DNA of 64,000 nt from an uncultured Bacteroidales bacterium (GTDB lineage Bacteria > Bacteroidota > Bacteroidia > Bacteroidales > Bacteroidaceae): NCBI GenBank assembly GCA_902801485.1, contig CADCIP010000010.1:25465-89464 (forward strand). The letters are read 5' to 3'. Under the pieces are notes generated by a model. That model worked only from the letters and a program-made list of their open reading frames with translations. It was not told the origin of the DNA and did no database searches. Made by a program: the position numbers and the translations under genes. Positions 41,101 to 43,766 of this stretch are shown piece by piece (the stretch's first letter is position 1; every line of letters starts with the position of its first letter).

Positions 41101-42752
41101 CCAGTAATATTAGCATAGCTATAGCAGTTGATGACACGTGATCTGCCGTCAAGATGTCCCACGATGCCGCCCACGTGTCCTGATTCAGTTAATTCGCCTG
41201 CGAGGATACCACAATTGTAGATGCGGGTATCACCTGTAGCTGTACAGGCGATGGCACCGAGGTGGTTATCACCATTACCACTACTTAGAGTGGCATTGGT
41301 CAGGATAATATTACGGATAGTTGCACCGTCGGCATATAATACCAACGGCTTATTAAAGGTGTAGTGGTTGAATTGGCCGTCAATGGTTCCCTTGAAAGGA
41401 TCATTTGCCGTTCCGATATAGTCTGTTAACGTGAAGTCATCAGCCAGAATATACGAGCGGTTCATTTCTGTCATTTCGCTCGAAGAATGAACCGTCAATG
41501 GAGGTGTGAAAACAGCTTCAGAAGACCTATAATAGCCTGGCTTTGTAGCAACGGCTCTGACAACTGTTGCACTTCCCATATTGAACGCCCCGGAATAAGG
41601 TGTGGCTGACGGTGTGGCCTCCGTGTTGTCGAGGGTATAATAGATGTTTGCACCGCCTTCTGCTGTGATGGTGATGACATTCTCTACAACCGAGATGACA
41701 GGCTTGTCAAGGATAGGAAGATTGTATGTCCTTACCGCCGTCGGAAAGTCATCACTTGGACTCTTTGCAATGGCTTTGATAGTATGCCGGTCTGACGTTT
41801 CATCGATGGTGGGGACGTTAATAGAAGTTGTGCCAGTACCGCTGGTGGGTGTATTCGTGGTAGAGGTTGTAGGTGTGCTGCCGTCAATGGTATAGTAGAT
41901 GCTCGCTCCCTCCTCAGAAGTAATTGTAAAAGTACCATCGTAATTGTTGGTGATGGTAGGGGGATCGATGGTAGCCTTTTCGAGATAGAACTTTGCATTA
42001 GCATCATTCTTCGTGTACACACCGATGATACCTGCCGTGTTTGCATAACCTGTTGGTCCACCTGTTTTACCTGACTCTCCCTTCAATGAATTTTTATTGC
42101 CACTATTGACCGTTAACCAGTTCCTGTCAGCAGCTCCGCCAACAACACCCTTAGGAGAGATGACCAAATAGGTGCTGTATGGTTCTATAGTAAACAATTC
42201 CTTGTCGTCGAGATCACCTGGTGCTATCGCTTCAAGATGCACACGCATACGGTCTGGATTATTAGTCGTCCTAATAGTGCCATTGGATACCAAGTATTTG
42301 CCATCCAGGGCACGCTTGATGTAATAGTACTCCTCGGTAGGATGCTTCTCTACAACCCACACGGCTTTTCGGGCATCATAAACACCATTCCTGCATTGAT
42401 ATGTGGTGATGAACGGCATACCATTGTCATTGTCGGTGCCGGTAAAGTCATCGGTAGCCAGGTAGTAGCACCACTCTTCTGTGGGACACAGGTAATAGTT
42501 TGTCGTGGTATTGTTTTTATTATAGCCGTTTGTACCAATATAATACACACCCGAATAGTCCTGTCCCCAAACACCATTCACACCCATAAACATGAGGAGG
42601 GTGCAGAGGAGGGCTTTGCTAAGGAAATTTTGCGCGCTAGTTAGAGAACATATTTTTCCTAGGTGGGAAAAAATATTTTTCCAGTTAGTGGGTAATAATT
42701 GGTTATCTGAGTTGTAGTTTAGTCTAATTTCTTTATCTTTATAGCTTGTCAT
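20142..42752 (-). CDS. Giant secreted beta-solenoid protein (7536 aa) with an N-terminal globular/lectin-like, 2x CHB_HEX_C-like and GLUG-like head. No T9SS C-terminal domain
   Basis: Uninterrupted 22,611-nt ORF with ATG at 42752. There is a hydrophobic signal-like segment ALLCTLLMFMGVNGVWGQ at residues 47-64. N[VI][YF]GGG-type Gly-rich repeats recur throughout. It ends ..NVFGGGDAGIVKKDTEVIVGE. Confidence 0.9.
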   Translation of the reverse strand: MTSYKDKEIRLNYNSDNQLLPTNWKNIFSHLGKICSLTSAQNFLSKALLCTLLMFMGVNGVWGQDYSGVYYIGTNGYNKNNTTTNYYLCPTEEWCYYLATDDFTGTDNDNGMPFITTYQCRNGVYDARKAVWVVEKHPTEEYYYIKRALDGKYLVSNGTIRTTNNPDRMRVHLEAIAPGDLDDKELFTIEPYSTYLVISPKGVVGGAADRNWLTVNSGNKNSLKGESGKTGGPTGYANTAGIIGVYTKNDANAKFYLEKATIDPPTITNNYDGTFTITSEEGASIYYTIDGSTPTTSTTNTPTSGTGTTSINVPTIDETSDRHTIKAIAKSPSDDFPTAVRTYNLPILDKPVISVVENVITITAEGGANIYYTLDNTEATPSATPYSGAFNMGSATVVRAVATKPGYYRSSEAVFTPPLTVHSSSEMTEMNRSYILADDFTLTDYIGTANDPFKGTIDGQFNHYTFNKPLVLYADGATIRNIILTNATLSSGNGDNHLGAIACTATGDTRIYNCGILAGELTESGHVGGIVGHLDGRSRVINCYSYANITGGGDVGGIVGYNAFASTAEDCRTMVMNCMFYGDITGGTNVSPVYGGLNISNGHGGLNTYNYYAYDQATTFAARADNNTKKYNNALAVEDIYLKRFEMYRLLLNSNKRLAAFYATGDMANTDEMAKWVLETADRSITNPKPYPVLKAQGYYPSIINYDVNNAPTLTLENDKPKEEDRNKGGKLGNKTLNVHISGTGITSRTIEIARTDKDFERYNFNYDKIQLPYYNDYGTDNYKNNKVVTGWKITNITAIEGDPYTTTNYTAPTSGVKNYPDFNFADRKSSNKDKFTVSGRVFSQGAYFDVPYGVTDIWIEPYWGNAVYVADEYLDVVYNTSYSAQQVSGLVKQFPDGKITINGSEQTVYTSISSALNNLKDVNNPTVYDYAVVLVGNLHQSTVPSNGTKPFTIMSVDLDNDHEPDYSMIYHHSNRQSVCPIRFDFLNIPGTAQAQKPNGASNLLNFTIFLMRGWFETTNTSLMFSNQIEYENTEKITGNSKSYAPLILQGGYWDQFVSTRASAVSGKTYYIHVGGNAYINSFGVGTHSDGNKATPHVPVSVTGGEYNGFYLSGTYNPNAETNANDHAECYISGGHFIEAAGAAQEQIDGNVHWQIYNADIDNFYGGGINDTKPIKGTITTDIFNSYVGTFCGGPKFGNMQTGKGVTTNAEGCTFNEYFGAGYGGLSYSRQKYYDETSYNFNTYKNTYNGDFGKYYNGASTNANSSHADYGKKGKGVATDYDYEFFVWSTGLVGARFFVKFATFSLAQCENVESNLKNCIINKNFYGGGKLGNVSDKATSVLDGCTVHGNVFGGGYSADIPKIPVRKNWFATNPKFNPNTGIFEKVDLPDPVNYDWKHVADLPTTEGAPGTEDNKYVLTDVNLDALGKVGYTDLTIKGNTKVEGKTFDANGDVIGTPSGGVFGGGDMSAVNHNTKVKIEATATEGVLNVFGGGNTADVDGNTEVSMTSGTVTQDVYGGGKGASTVVGGNVTVNLGTKGGESAPFTYTGTGTVQGNVYGGSALGAVNAKKEGNSTLYSGTDADPKTTSVNIYSGTINGNVFGGGLGHDDTDNTKDIVAKNFGNTTVTIENSDNAKALVKTAVYGGANENGVVKANTEVTITGGTIGTAPEPATNIVNTVFGGGFGQPTLVEGDVTVNIGTKTDGETPVYAGAAVIYGSVYGGSALGGVNVNEAGDDQTAKAIAVNLYGGIINGNVFGGGLGQKNGENGATSDIAARVGGGVNVLLDGAKLVTQHLGSKTDSNDDRTFVSGQIFGCNNLNGSPKGHVKVWVKRTVGSDKSSEQALAKTREQRTTYDVAAVYGGGNKADYIPTNATLVTDPSAEGYDAGNPAKVAAACAEVLVEGCDLTSIEYVYGGGNAAAVPATDVTIMGSYIINYVFGGGNGKSTTDAPNNPGADVGLMPKTENGTAYAGDTSKEAYGTGKAETKLVGGHIMYVFGGSNTKGNVRGGTSVTMPEKNPTYTSFDCCNVRDIKEIYGAGNQAEQDGAVTMILGCVNNMDYVYGGARAANVKGGVDLVVTSGHFLGVFGGNDQSGTIQGPITLTIEETGCDPLVIDNLYLGGNQAAYSVFGYYTDTNDENKVKPRSSLSDHTDNAFGAPTTNYSETQWYRDPILNIISCTSIGNAFGGGLGSGAVMYGNPTVNINEVKGNQAGLNETVQLPKAYKNIPNISDQTDIDANTIGCKIKDEIGSIGNVYGGGSEADVKGDTHVNICTESTVTIRSNMGAPVTNEPTNVLGATITGNVFGAGLGLVTEVDNTTIDLAGGTIAKSVYGGGEEGTVNGNTNITVRGGKIGDINTEHGGAEIGNVYGGGKGSITKTSDNDNINAGLVKGNTHILIENTIDGETVITPEIYHNIYGGGAYGSVGTFDYDGTTGLPTGLSSGKENTGKATIEITGGKIGINGHENGIVFGSSRGDVGAPDEIHDKVAWVYDTDVTIGSSSSNSKTSPQIMGSVYGGGENGHTKNDAKVTIHSGMIGITEELTDDPEGQKGVKYPYRGNVYGGGCGTDKYWADRSKETGQGDGDTYNAKAGIIEGKTTVLINGGLVVRDVYGAGAMGSVTGSTNVTISGDAVIGAEDNDAGGYVFAAARGEQSEPTMATVGSSNLTISGGTVWRDAYGGGQNGAVKGAVTVNLTGGTVKQDVYGGGALANTNTDNWVNNSLVYADDAVEEVTTGLTPSTSPVDGYFTRSGNSSPYTYTPALGKAKSGEKYYRILKATTVNLSGTTIVGNLYGGGLGQKNGENGATSDIVANVYGPSTITITSGNANNVFGCNNLNGAPHTAAMVFNNGGTITHDIYGGGNKADFGGSTIVKMSNGQADRIFGGGNEADVAGGVNVVICGGKVVGDVYGGGALAKTNTANWDFTAGDKTVYIVVLGLSKEKYVEKLGLAVGISPVTGLYTRTGGTGTDNDPYTYTSATGLAQENTHYYEYIPASSLKGLYSAQNENSLITTDETYNGTGTYYEARTIQGDWASNMNTASSETVTGRGPTTGGTKHKTLVTLTGGVVGNVYGGGLGRLGTEGVEAADATYYTAEDALTHNANLEGALNSTTHLTAEQAAALNAVPGVSKTDYAEGNSPTEADANLYNATLSGAKKVGDIKTPAIEAVAAIEEVKANVYGDVRVSINRTDSISKYGGTRVAFSNNPQDVVTTSGTSYSSVPLEGRVFGCNNLNGCPMGDVLVEVYGTRPEDGSSGHKNYEIQAVYGGGDQADYLPNEGKKTYVVIDGCGETSISRIYGGGNSAAVPSTNVTIWGSYDIEYAFGGGNGSQPVKKFGNWEDNTGADVNGAANITCHGGKIGQVFGGSDAKGNCRSTNPTLEQAGGCPLVITKLYGAGSEADVDGDVNVVIAACTETNSQIEYVCGGSYKAHIKGDVTLTITSGFFKNVYGGNDMRGGIGGNITVNIEETDPCDKPIIIENLVGGGNRAKYPGTDKDGNAYETKTRTITVNAKSATRIENVYGGGFIEEATANTKVNINMVKGLKAGNTVLLPTDYELYSTEKGGSGTYHNISGISTTYVVVNGLTVGTSSVAGYYTDNTGTTLASGVAQSGVTYYEKRVTGHIADAIGTIGNVFGGGQHGKVNGDAEVNIGTATSVGIMRRDPSTHALVDESGNSIYGADGKITTIYYVNQDVRGAHITGNVYGGGEEANVTGSTEVNICTEETAPGEYAAVTEGAEKVTIGGTVYGGGSKADVLTNTTVRMYNGYVFNGIFGGGYSGSVGTFTRKTEEEYTGVYGHTPHTGCIGKPVSCASGTGLCTVVVKGGQIGPVEVATLGMERPDADGGPVAEGWVWGGGCGIIEDPAVEPDAHFKTYVGSTNVTIGGTAFILESIIGGGEFGRVLGNTNVTIQDQCQIGVGKGKAENGKPIRYTDDQWTAAATAVTSGNATDINNAAASMPECSHFPYGNSNNEYLPYDPYYKDFTQYVSAHPDLSPASTDNPSDGKTWIGCVFGGGSGYMPYKIKEGNNAVGYDWCRSAGWVEGNANLTITGGHILTNVYGGNEYTDVGTPGVANTGKCTVKMSGGTIGVPRTLQQIADHPVTCYLFGGGKGDERTHFDQFTNVNSVEVEVSGGIIYGSVFGGAEDGHVLGDAKVVIKDNAKIGTWGTSYVDGNVFGGGRGFSGKNLIAGGVGGNTQINITGGTMLGSIYGGGRLASVGIDLDEKIGNDSYGQLIDETGSNGEHGHITIDIRGGKIGTTTEAGTNHPVGGNVFGGSMGRTTLLDGSTNPMWPKMAVAKLTKVDISGGEIMNNVYGGSEYGIVRNRATVNILPNATPANSPVIHGHVFGGGYGSDEREPTTIRAGGYSSIPTSYYTFTPMTWTGCVSGDTNVNISGGKVEKNVYGGGEYASVGLINFNSEENGTYNYITKHESLTDGFGLSWPYKFQYIKAAPNDAESVGGNNLGGKATVTITGGHIGSTTWDDRTGYVFGGSKGQVAFKKKVKNDQNVLVEVDITDIHEQRYTEAFCANVRETAVNINYGSTPTGKDPTNIGGEDNCIMGAVYGGGEDGHVYENAAVNITNGLIGLSVYGAGKGISTYQGYLKDESTEEYKSTKDNLYSWTAGKVYGNTRITMTGGHVLNNVYGGGYLGSVGKGNYSGGADDYYPAGYGETLTGNLWDNVSDNSKAFLSSGKATVIIEGGTVGTLNGTYGSVGGDNSMATPTGMVFGGSRGQAAEDIMLDPRYEYAPNFYLGYVNETEVTIGTESNGGPRLYGQVFGGGRDGHVRGSAHVIVNDGTIGQTYAETAAAGGKDAEYHRYHRGNVYGAGSGLGLWATGKHGMSSGSITNKTTVDINGGIIYNNVYGGGALACVGPPKINQDDYATASLSKCTVNINGGTIGDPAVYDTYKYGGSIYGGSRGDRGGDLGTGESIENYATVLWTEVNINPHPSDHSKDAKIYGNVYGGAKGGLVKKDTEVNLKGGRIYHDVYGGGEGTRESGANMNGIAADVEGNTTVELNKGVADNAKGCIVDKVFGCNDLNGTPKGHVLVHVYATQNSGTNNISLKIAPPPYTASKGNDEGYKTWLTRLKTEAAPANGNAAVATAISAAETLLSELSTTDENNLNETNKTSITNAANAIINALKDMHNYDVTAVYGGGDLAAYEPTNDQDKTEVIIEGCNVTSIKQVYGGGNAASVPATDVLVKSCAIIDELFGGGNGKDSYQFSDDKWYENPGANVGYKNYTHHNTSDAEKDGSEEAKAYPAVEDATTPEAREAYKYGKGTAHSIVNGGHIHTVYGGSNMKGNISNNIEMQLLQAGTCTLVTDEAYASSKSAETDAESRLVLDCVEEGGTIFGGSYNANLNSDVNIIITNGHYEKVFGGNNQAGTINGKITITIQEAGCTPITIGELYGGGYLAPYSIYGYKTETQNAKDKNGNDIEGVYQRIPYMPGEAGALATPRWDPRINIVSATSIGKIFGGGYGAGATMIGSPHINVNMEKGMILEKYAKEKAGYSSLPADQKDAAGNQILSIGTIGDIYGGGELADVIGNTYVEIGTGQWISEWDVNGNPIWETTNTSGEKLLYKLETPAVTYTPEECNTYNATLTGALSLTDVVYSFTSYADNSGNTQHGSGIVKQVSQADGWTTVQVVTNTTVDANAPSFVGQQFKVNATNLDANTYYPLYTTGETATATGIYVKVTSSSPEAYNATLTGARNTNDIKTAAVWAWYDELGESAAAPTTTGRNAATITGNVFGGGKGETKNTGDGAFKCASAMVGADGDGLIDANGGTSVTIANGTVGTLEGEKLKAGTGNVYGGGELGRVEKNTVVTIGVQGNTTNEVTIRGNVFGAGKGIATHGYAALVRGNSTVTIQGKSKVGGSVYGGGEIASVGRYNVNATTGLPESLKNEKSGNCTVIVRDDAEIGPDDMTMTKEGGPDNSGHVFGAGMGATPGVFSSAQHMTPNNELVTGFTTEEDYLTFIESLGLATQTKVTIGGNAFVKGDVFGGAEQGFVQHDTHVIIEGDCQIGNGYVQMADDGTYLANPLSVNRRYTTTEWSQGKLIMGNDDRQALKDLVSTTNYTSSLPECASWLYGQASGTGKYAAHDIYANSYDSKGGSTTGDNGSTFYGNVFGGGSGYFPYAAGTWHWKAGDVGGNTVVDIKGGHILTNVYGGNELTNVAGKCTVNMSGGTIGVPRTLGQIAAHPVTCYLFGGGKGDPRVLFNKQTNVQDVEVNINGGWIYGSAFGGGEDGHVMRNVTMNISGNETDKTTYAEAYADLYAGNATKIGTWGTSYVDGNIFGGGRGFAGDAYTAGNVAGSVTMNISGGTMLGSVYGGGRLGSVGYGLYDAETDGNPTPGYGEMRDDHLFDDGTADGGFFTKGRGHVEINITGGTIGNDLEYKYYTFNVATDGKTVAQIEAAKKTAVDGLKAQQVTDHIPNTEFEIADSIQTGNTRTYTYRLSHTKGGNVFASSMGRRTQLDGTSKITAIDWMKLGAAKSTKLTITGGATIKSNVYGGGEFGAIRSYVNGKNVQGGTTTIDIQGGTIGTEIKETVTEGEEPNTTTTEVTRYTFGSVYGGGYGTEAEIGEITTNAQVNQLGALVDGNTTVSMSDGHVWASVFGGGEVAAVGGDTEVTISGGKIGKGEVKPKTDTDPGYVMFGGATMGNVYGGGKGNKTHTLLGVVKGNTNVTINAGSEEGEPFIYHNVYGGGALGSVGTFTFSDGKTDEMANIPKGYPFHWEANTGVATVNIKGGTIGISGRDNGMVNGSSRGDIAKPVPTEMWSIPSHSVDKDPYDKMAWVEQSIVNIGETGKTGPHIKGSVYGGGENGHVFTHATVNVKSGTIGIVDETDPWFDFGDDKINEKAWITRGNVYGAGCGTDTYWDDKNNNNKVDSGEELHNTWAGCVIGNTDVNISGGLIAQSVYGGGSMGSVGRILEGPNNIIKHDNVDNGFALSWPVKFTYPNLTVEDPVEKTYSTGKTTINITGGRIGTTGSDNGDVFGGTRGEAGDRYEMAQFANVRKTEVNIDYKDANNNAYTPGDDKIEIYEKIDEDDNQLAFSLKLNDEEPGITGSVYGGGENGHVYENTQVNIKNGFIGHAVYGGGKGKGKYIPSGESKKVHSITAGKVYGNTEVNMTGGRVLRNIYGGGNLGSIGKGNYAGGADDFYPDGYGEKITGNLWTTETTSANPDNAWHFLNSGIATVNIIGGIVGYMPNDNTVVTPCDAQGNPGTSTTYKSAIESDDDDADDMKELLFNVLTKDDMPTGNVFGGCRGQATAEPGSMVPNSGTVDFFCGYVNETNVTIGQEAKDAVGEVGDNNYEPAVPESSPRIYGSVYGGGQDGHVRRSTNVSIKKGEIGIPYNDTYRTLIGTKDLTPEKELNNLNWLHRGNIYGGGSGIGKYEDSEKKMHNSSSAGSVTHTTTINVGNGITGVAGTQAAPGNVIYRNVYGGGSLASVIPPSLLFSSSTSEGPYADDIHGKGMMAVNTVNIAGAVGVIEGYKEEYGGEVYGAGRGDESVEHPEWFALSVWTKVHIMNGANIMGNVFGGGDAGIVKKDTEVIVGE
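40953..41465 (-). other. GLUG-motif-like region of the 7536-aa protein (about aa 430-600)
   Basis: FKGTIDGQFNHYTF..IRNIILTNATL..GAIACTATGDTRIYNCGILAGEL..GGIVGHLDGRSRVINCYSYANITGGGDVGGIVGYN matches the pattern F.G.fDG.gh.I..L then (v/i)GG(l/i)vG repeats. Confidence 0.55.
41505..41969 (-). other. Two chitobiase/hexosaminidase-C-terminal-like (CHB_HEX_C / Fn3-associated type) modules (about aa 262-416)
   Basis: TFTITSEEGASIYYTIDGSTPT..HTIKAIAKSP and VITITAEGGANIYYTLDNTEATPSATPYSGAFNMGSATVVRAVATKPGYYRSSEAVF. Confidence 0.55.
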
Positions 42753-42778
42753 GGCTCTGTTTTAAACACTTTGCGGAG

Positions 42779-42786
42779 CAAAGTTA
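42779..42786 (-). promoter_or_regulatory. Proximal -7 box TAACTTTG for the 7536-aa gene, 27 nt upstream of its ATG. It is overlapped by the palindrome ACTTTGC-gga-GCAAAGT (42768-42784)
   Basis: Exact TAnnTTTG match on the minus strand, with TTTG 19 nt further upstream. Confidence 0.5.
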
Positions 42787-42965
42787 CGTATAAGCGAGAG
42801 AATAACAAAATAAATCGAAGATTTTTTTTTGTTTTTCCGAGCGAAAGTAAGTTAGAACGCAGTTCAATGTTACGCATAAGTGAGAGAATAACCAAAAGAA
42901 ACGGAAGTTTTTTTTGGTTTTTCCGAGCGAAAGTAAGTTAGAACGTAGTTCAAAGTTACGCAAAT
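42779..42965 (-). repeat. 86-bp direct repeat, 2.2 copies, each carrying a -33 TTTG / -7 TAAC[TA]TTG promoter-like pair
   Basis: The reverse complement of the -7 box (caaagtta / caatgtta / caaagtta) occurs at 42779, 42865 and 42951, an exact 86-nt period. The units are about 85 percent identical by eye. Confidence 0.85.
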
Positions 42966-43166
42966 TTGGCAATACCGCCATTCACTTTTTGTGAACTACC
43001 ACCCTTTAAAAGAACTATGGTTATTCAGAGTGATTACATCTAATGAGATGGTTATCATAAAAACAAGCTCTTACCCCCAAAACATTATCTATACCCTTCA
43101 GCAAAATTAGAACATCGAAAGACCTTCTTGAACACGGATTTCACGAATCACACGGATAAGACTAAC

Positions 43167-43314
43167 GCGGTAGCAGATGCTCTCAGGCAGCGGCATTTGT
43201 GCCACTGACAGTGGTAGTGCTTGCTGTCTTTTACTCTGAAAATGTATTTTCAAGATAAAAGAAAGTAAACCTACTTAGCGTACAGGGCCTGTACGCCTGA
43301 GCATCTGTTACCCC
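43167..43314. other. About 148-nt element closed by an 18-bp long-range inverted repeat, with internal hairpins. Either a structured RNA or a MITE-like element
   Basis: GGTAGCAGATGCTCtcAGGC (43170-43188) pairs with GCCTGAGCATCTGTTACC (43295-43312). Internal hairpins are GCCACtgacaGTGGT and the perfect 18-nt palindrome GCGTACAGGCCTGTACGC (43279-43296). Confidence 0.4.
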
Positions 43315-43406
43315 ACCGCAAGGATTTCTTAAATTTGGTTTAATTTCTCTCGGAGCGTAGCGGCGGAGTAGTACAGAAGAAAAAGAGAGTCGCCTGACGT
43401 CTCCAT

Positions 43407-43540
43407 TTGTTCAGATAGGGTTAATGAGTTGTTCAGATAGGGTTAACGAGTCATCGAGATAATCCCTTTGGGGGGTAAGGGATTATCTGAATGAGTTGTG
43501 GAGATAAGGGGAATGACTCATTGAGATTATCTGAATGAAG
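43407..43540. repeat. Cluster of direct and inverted AGATA[AG]GG / TTATCTGAATGA motifs (iteron-like)
   Basis: A 22-bp direct repeat TTGTTCAGATAGGGTTAA[TC]GAG x2 (43407-43450). A 12-bp perfect inverted repeat AGATAATCCCTT/AAGGGATTATCT (43457-43488). ATTATCTGAATGA occurs twice. Confidence 0.8.
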
Positions 43541-43675
43541 CAAAGGTGACAGGGTCACATTTTTCAACTTAATTACAGCTCAAAATCAAGTTAAATAAAA
43601 AATTTTTCAAGTTGATCTCTGTTTGGAATTAACCTATTCGTTACAGATATACCAGAAATATTATACTCTCCTTTT

Positions 43676-43757
43676 CCGCTTCGCTCCAAGAAAATCTCCA
43701 GCAATCTACAGCAATTATTCGGAAGGCCAAAGGCCTAGTAACTTCGGAGCGAAGCGG
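43676..43757. other. 12-bp GC-rich long-range stem (CCGCTTCGCTCC / GGAGCGAAGCGG) enclosing about 58 nt, 9 nt downstream of the 4447-aa gene stop. Possible 3' end structure
   Basis: Complementarity read directly. There is an inner GGCCaaaGGCC hairpin. No U-tract follows on the minus (sense) strand. Confidence 0.35.
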
Positions 43758-43766
43758 TAACTTCTT

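Noticed and set aside
20523-42644. Dozens of 60-309-aa plus-strand ORFs inside the 7536-aa gene (for example 22788-23717, 24126-24941, 28590-29399)
   Set aside because: They are antisense shadow ORFs. The Gly/Thr/Asn-rich sense codons (GGT, ACC and similar) leave few stop codons on the opposite strand. Their translations are low-complexity and Cys/His/Thr/Ile-rich, with no domain-like features. All are nested in one continuous 22.6-kb sense ORF.
42784-42981. 65-aa minus-strand ORF upstream of the giant gene
   Set aside because: It is composed of the 86-bp tandem promoter-like repeat, so its peptide is internally duplicated. It has no independent coding evidence.
43407-43540. A site-specific invertible promoter (fimbrial phase switch) controlling the giant gene
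   Set aside because: It is kept only as a low-probability alternative. Inverted repeats exist, but no recombinase or invertase gene is in the window. The clear promoter-like units (42779-42965) lie outside the inverted repeats.
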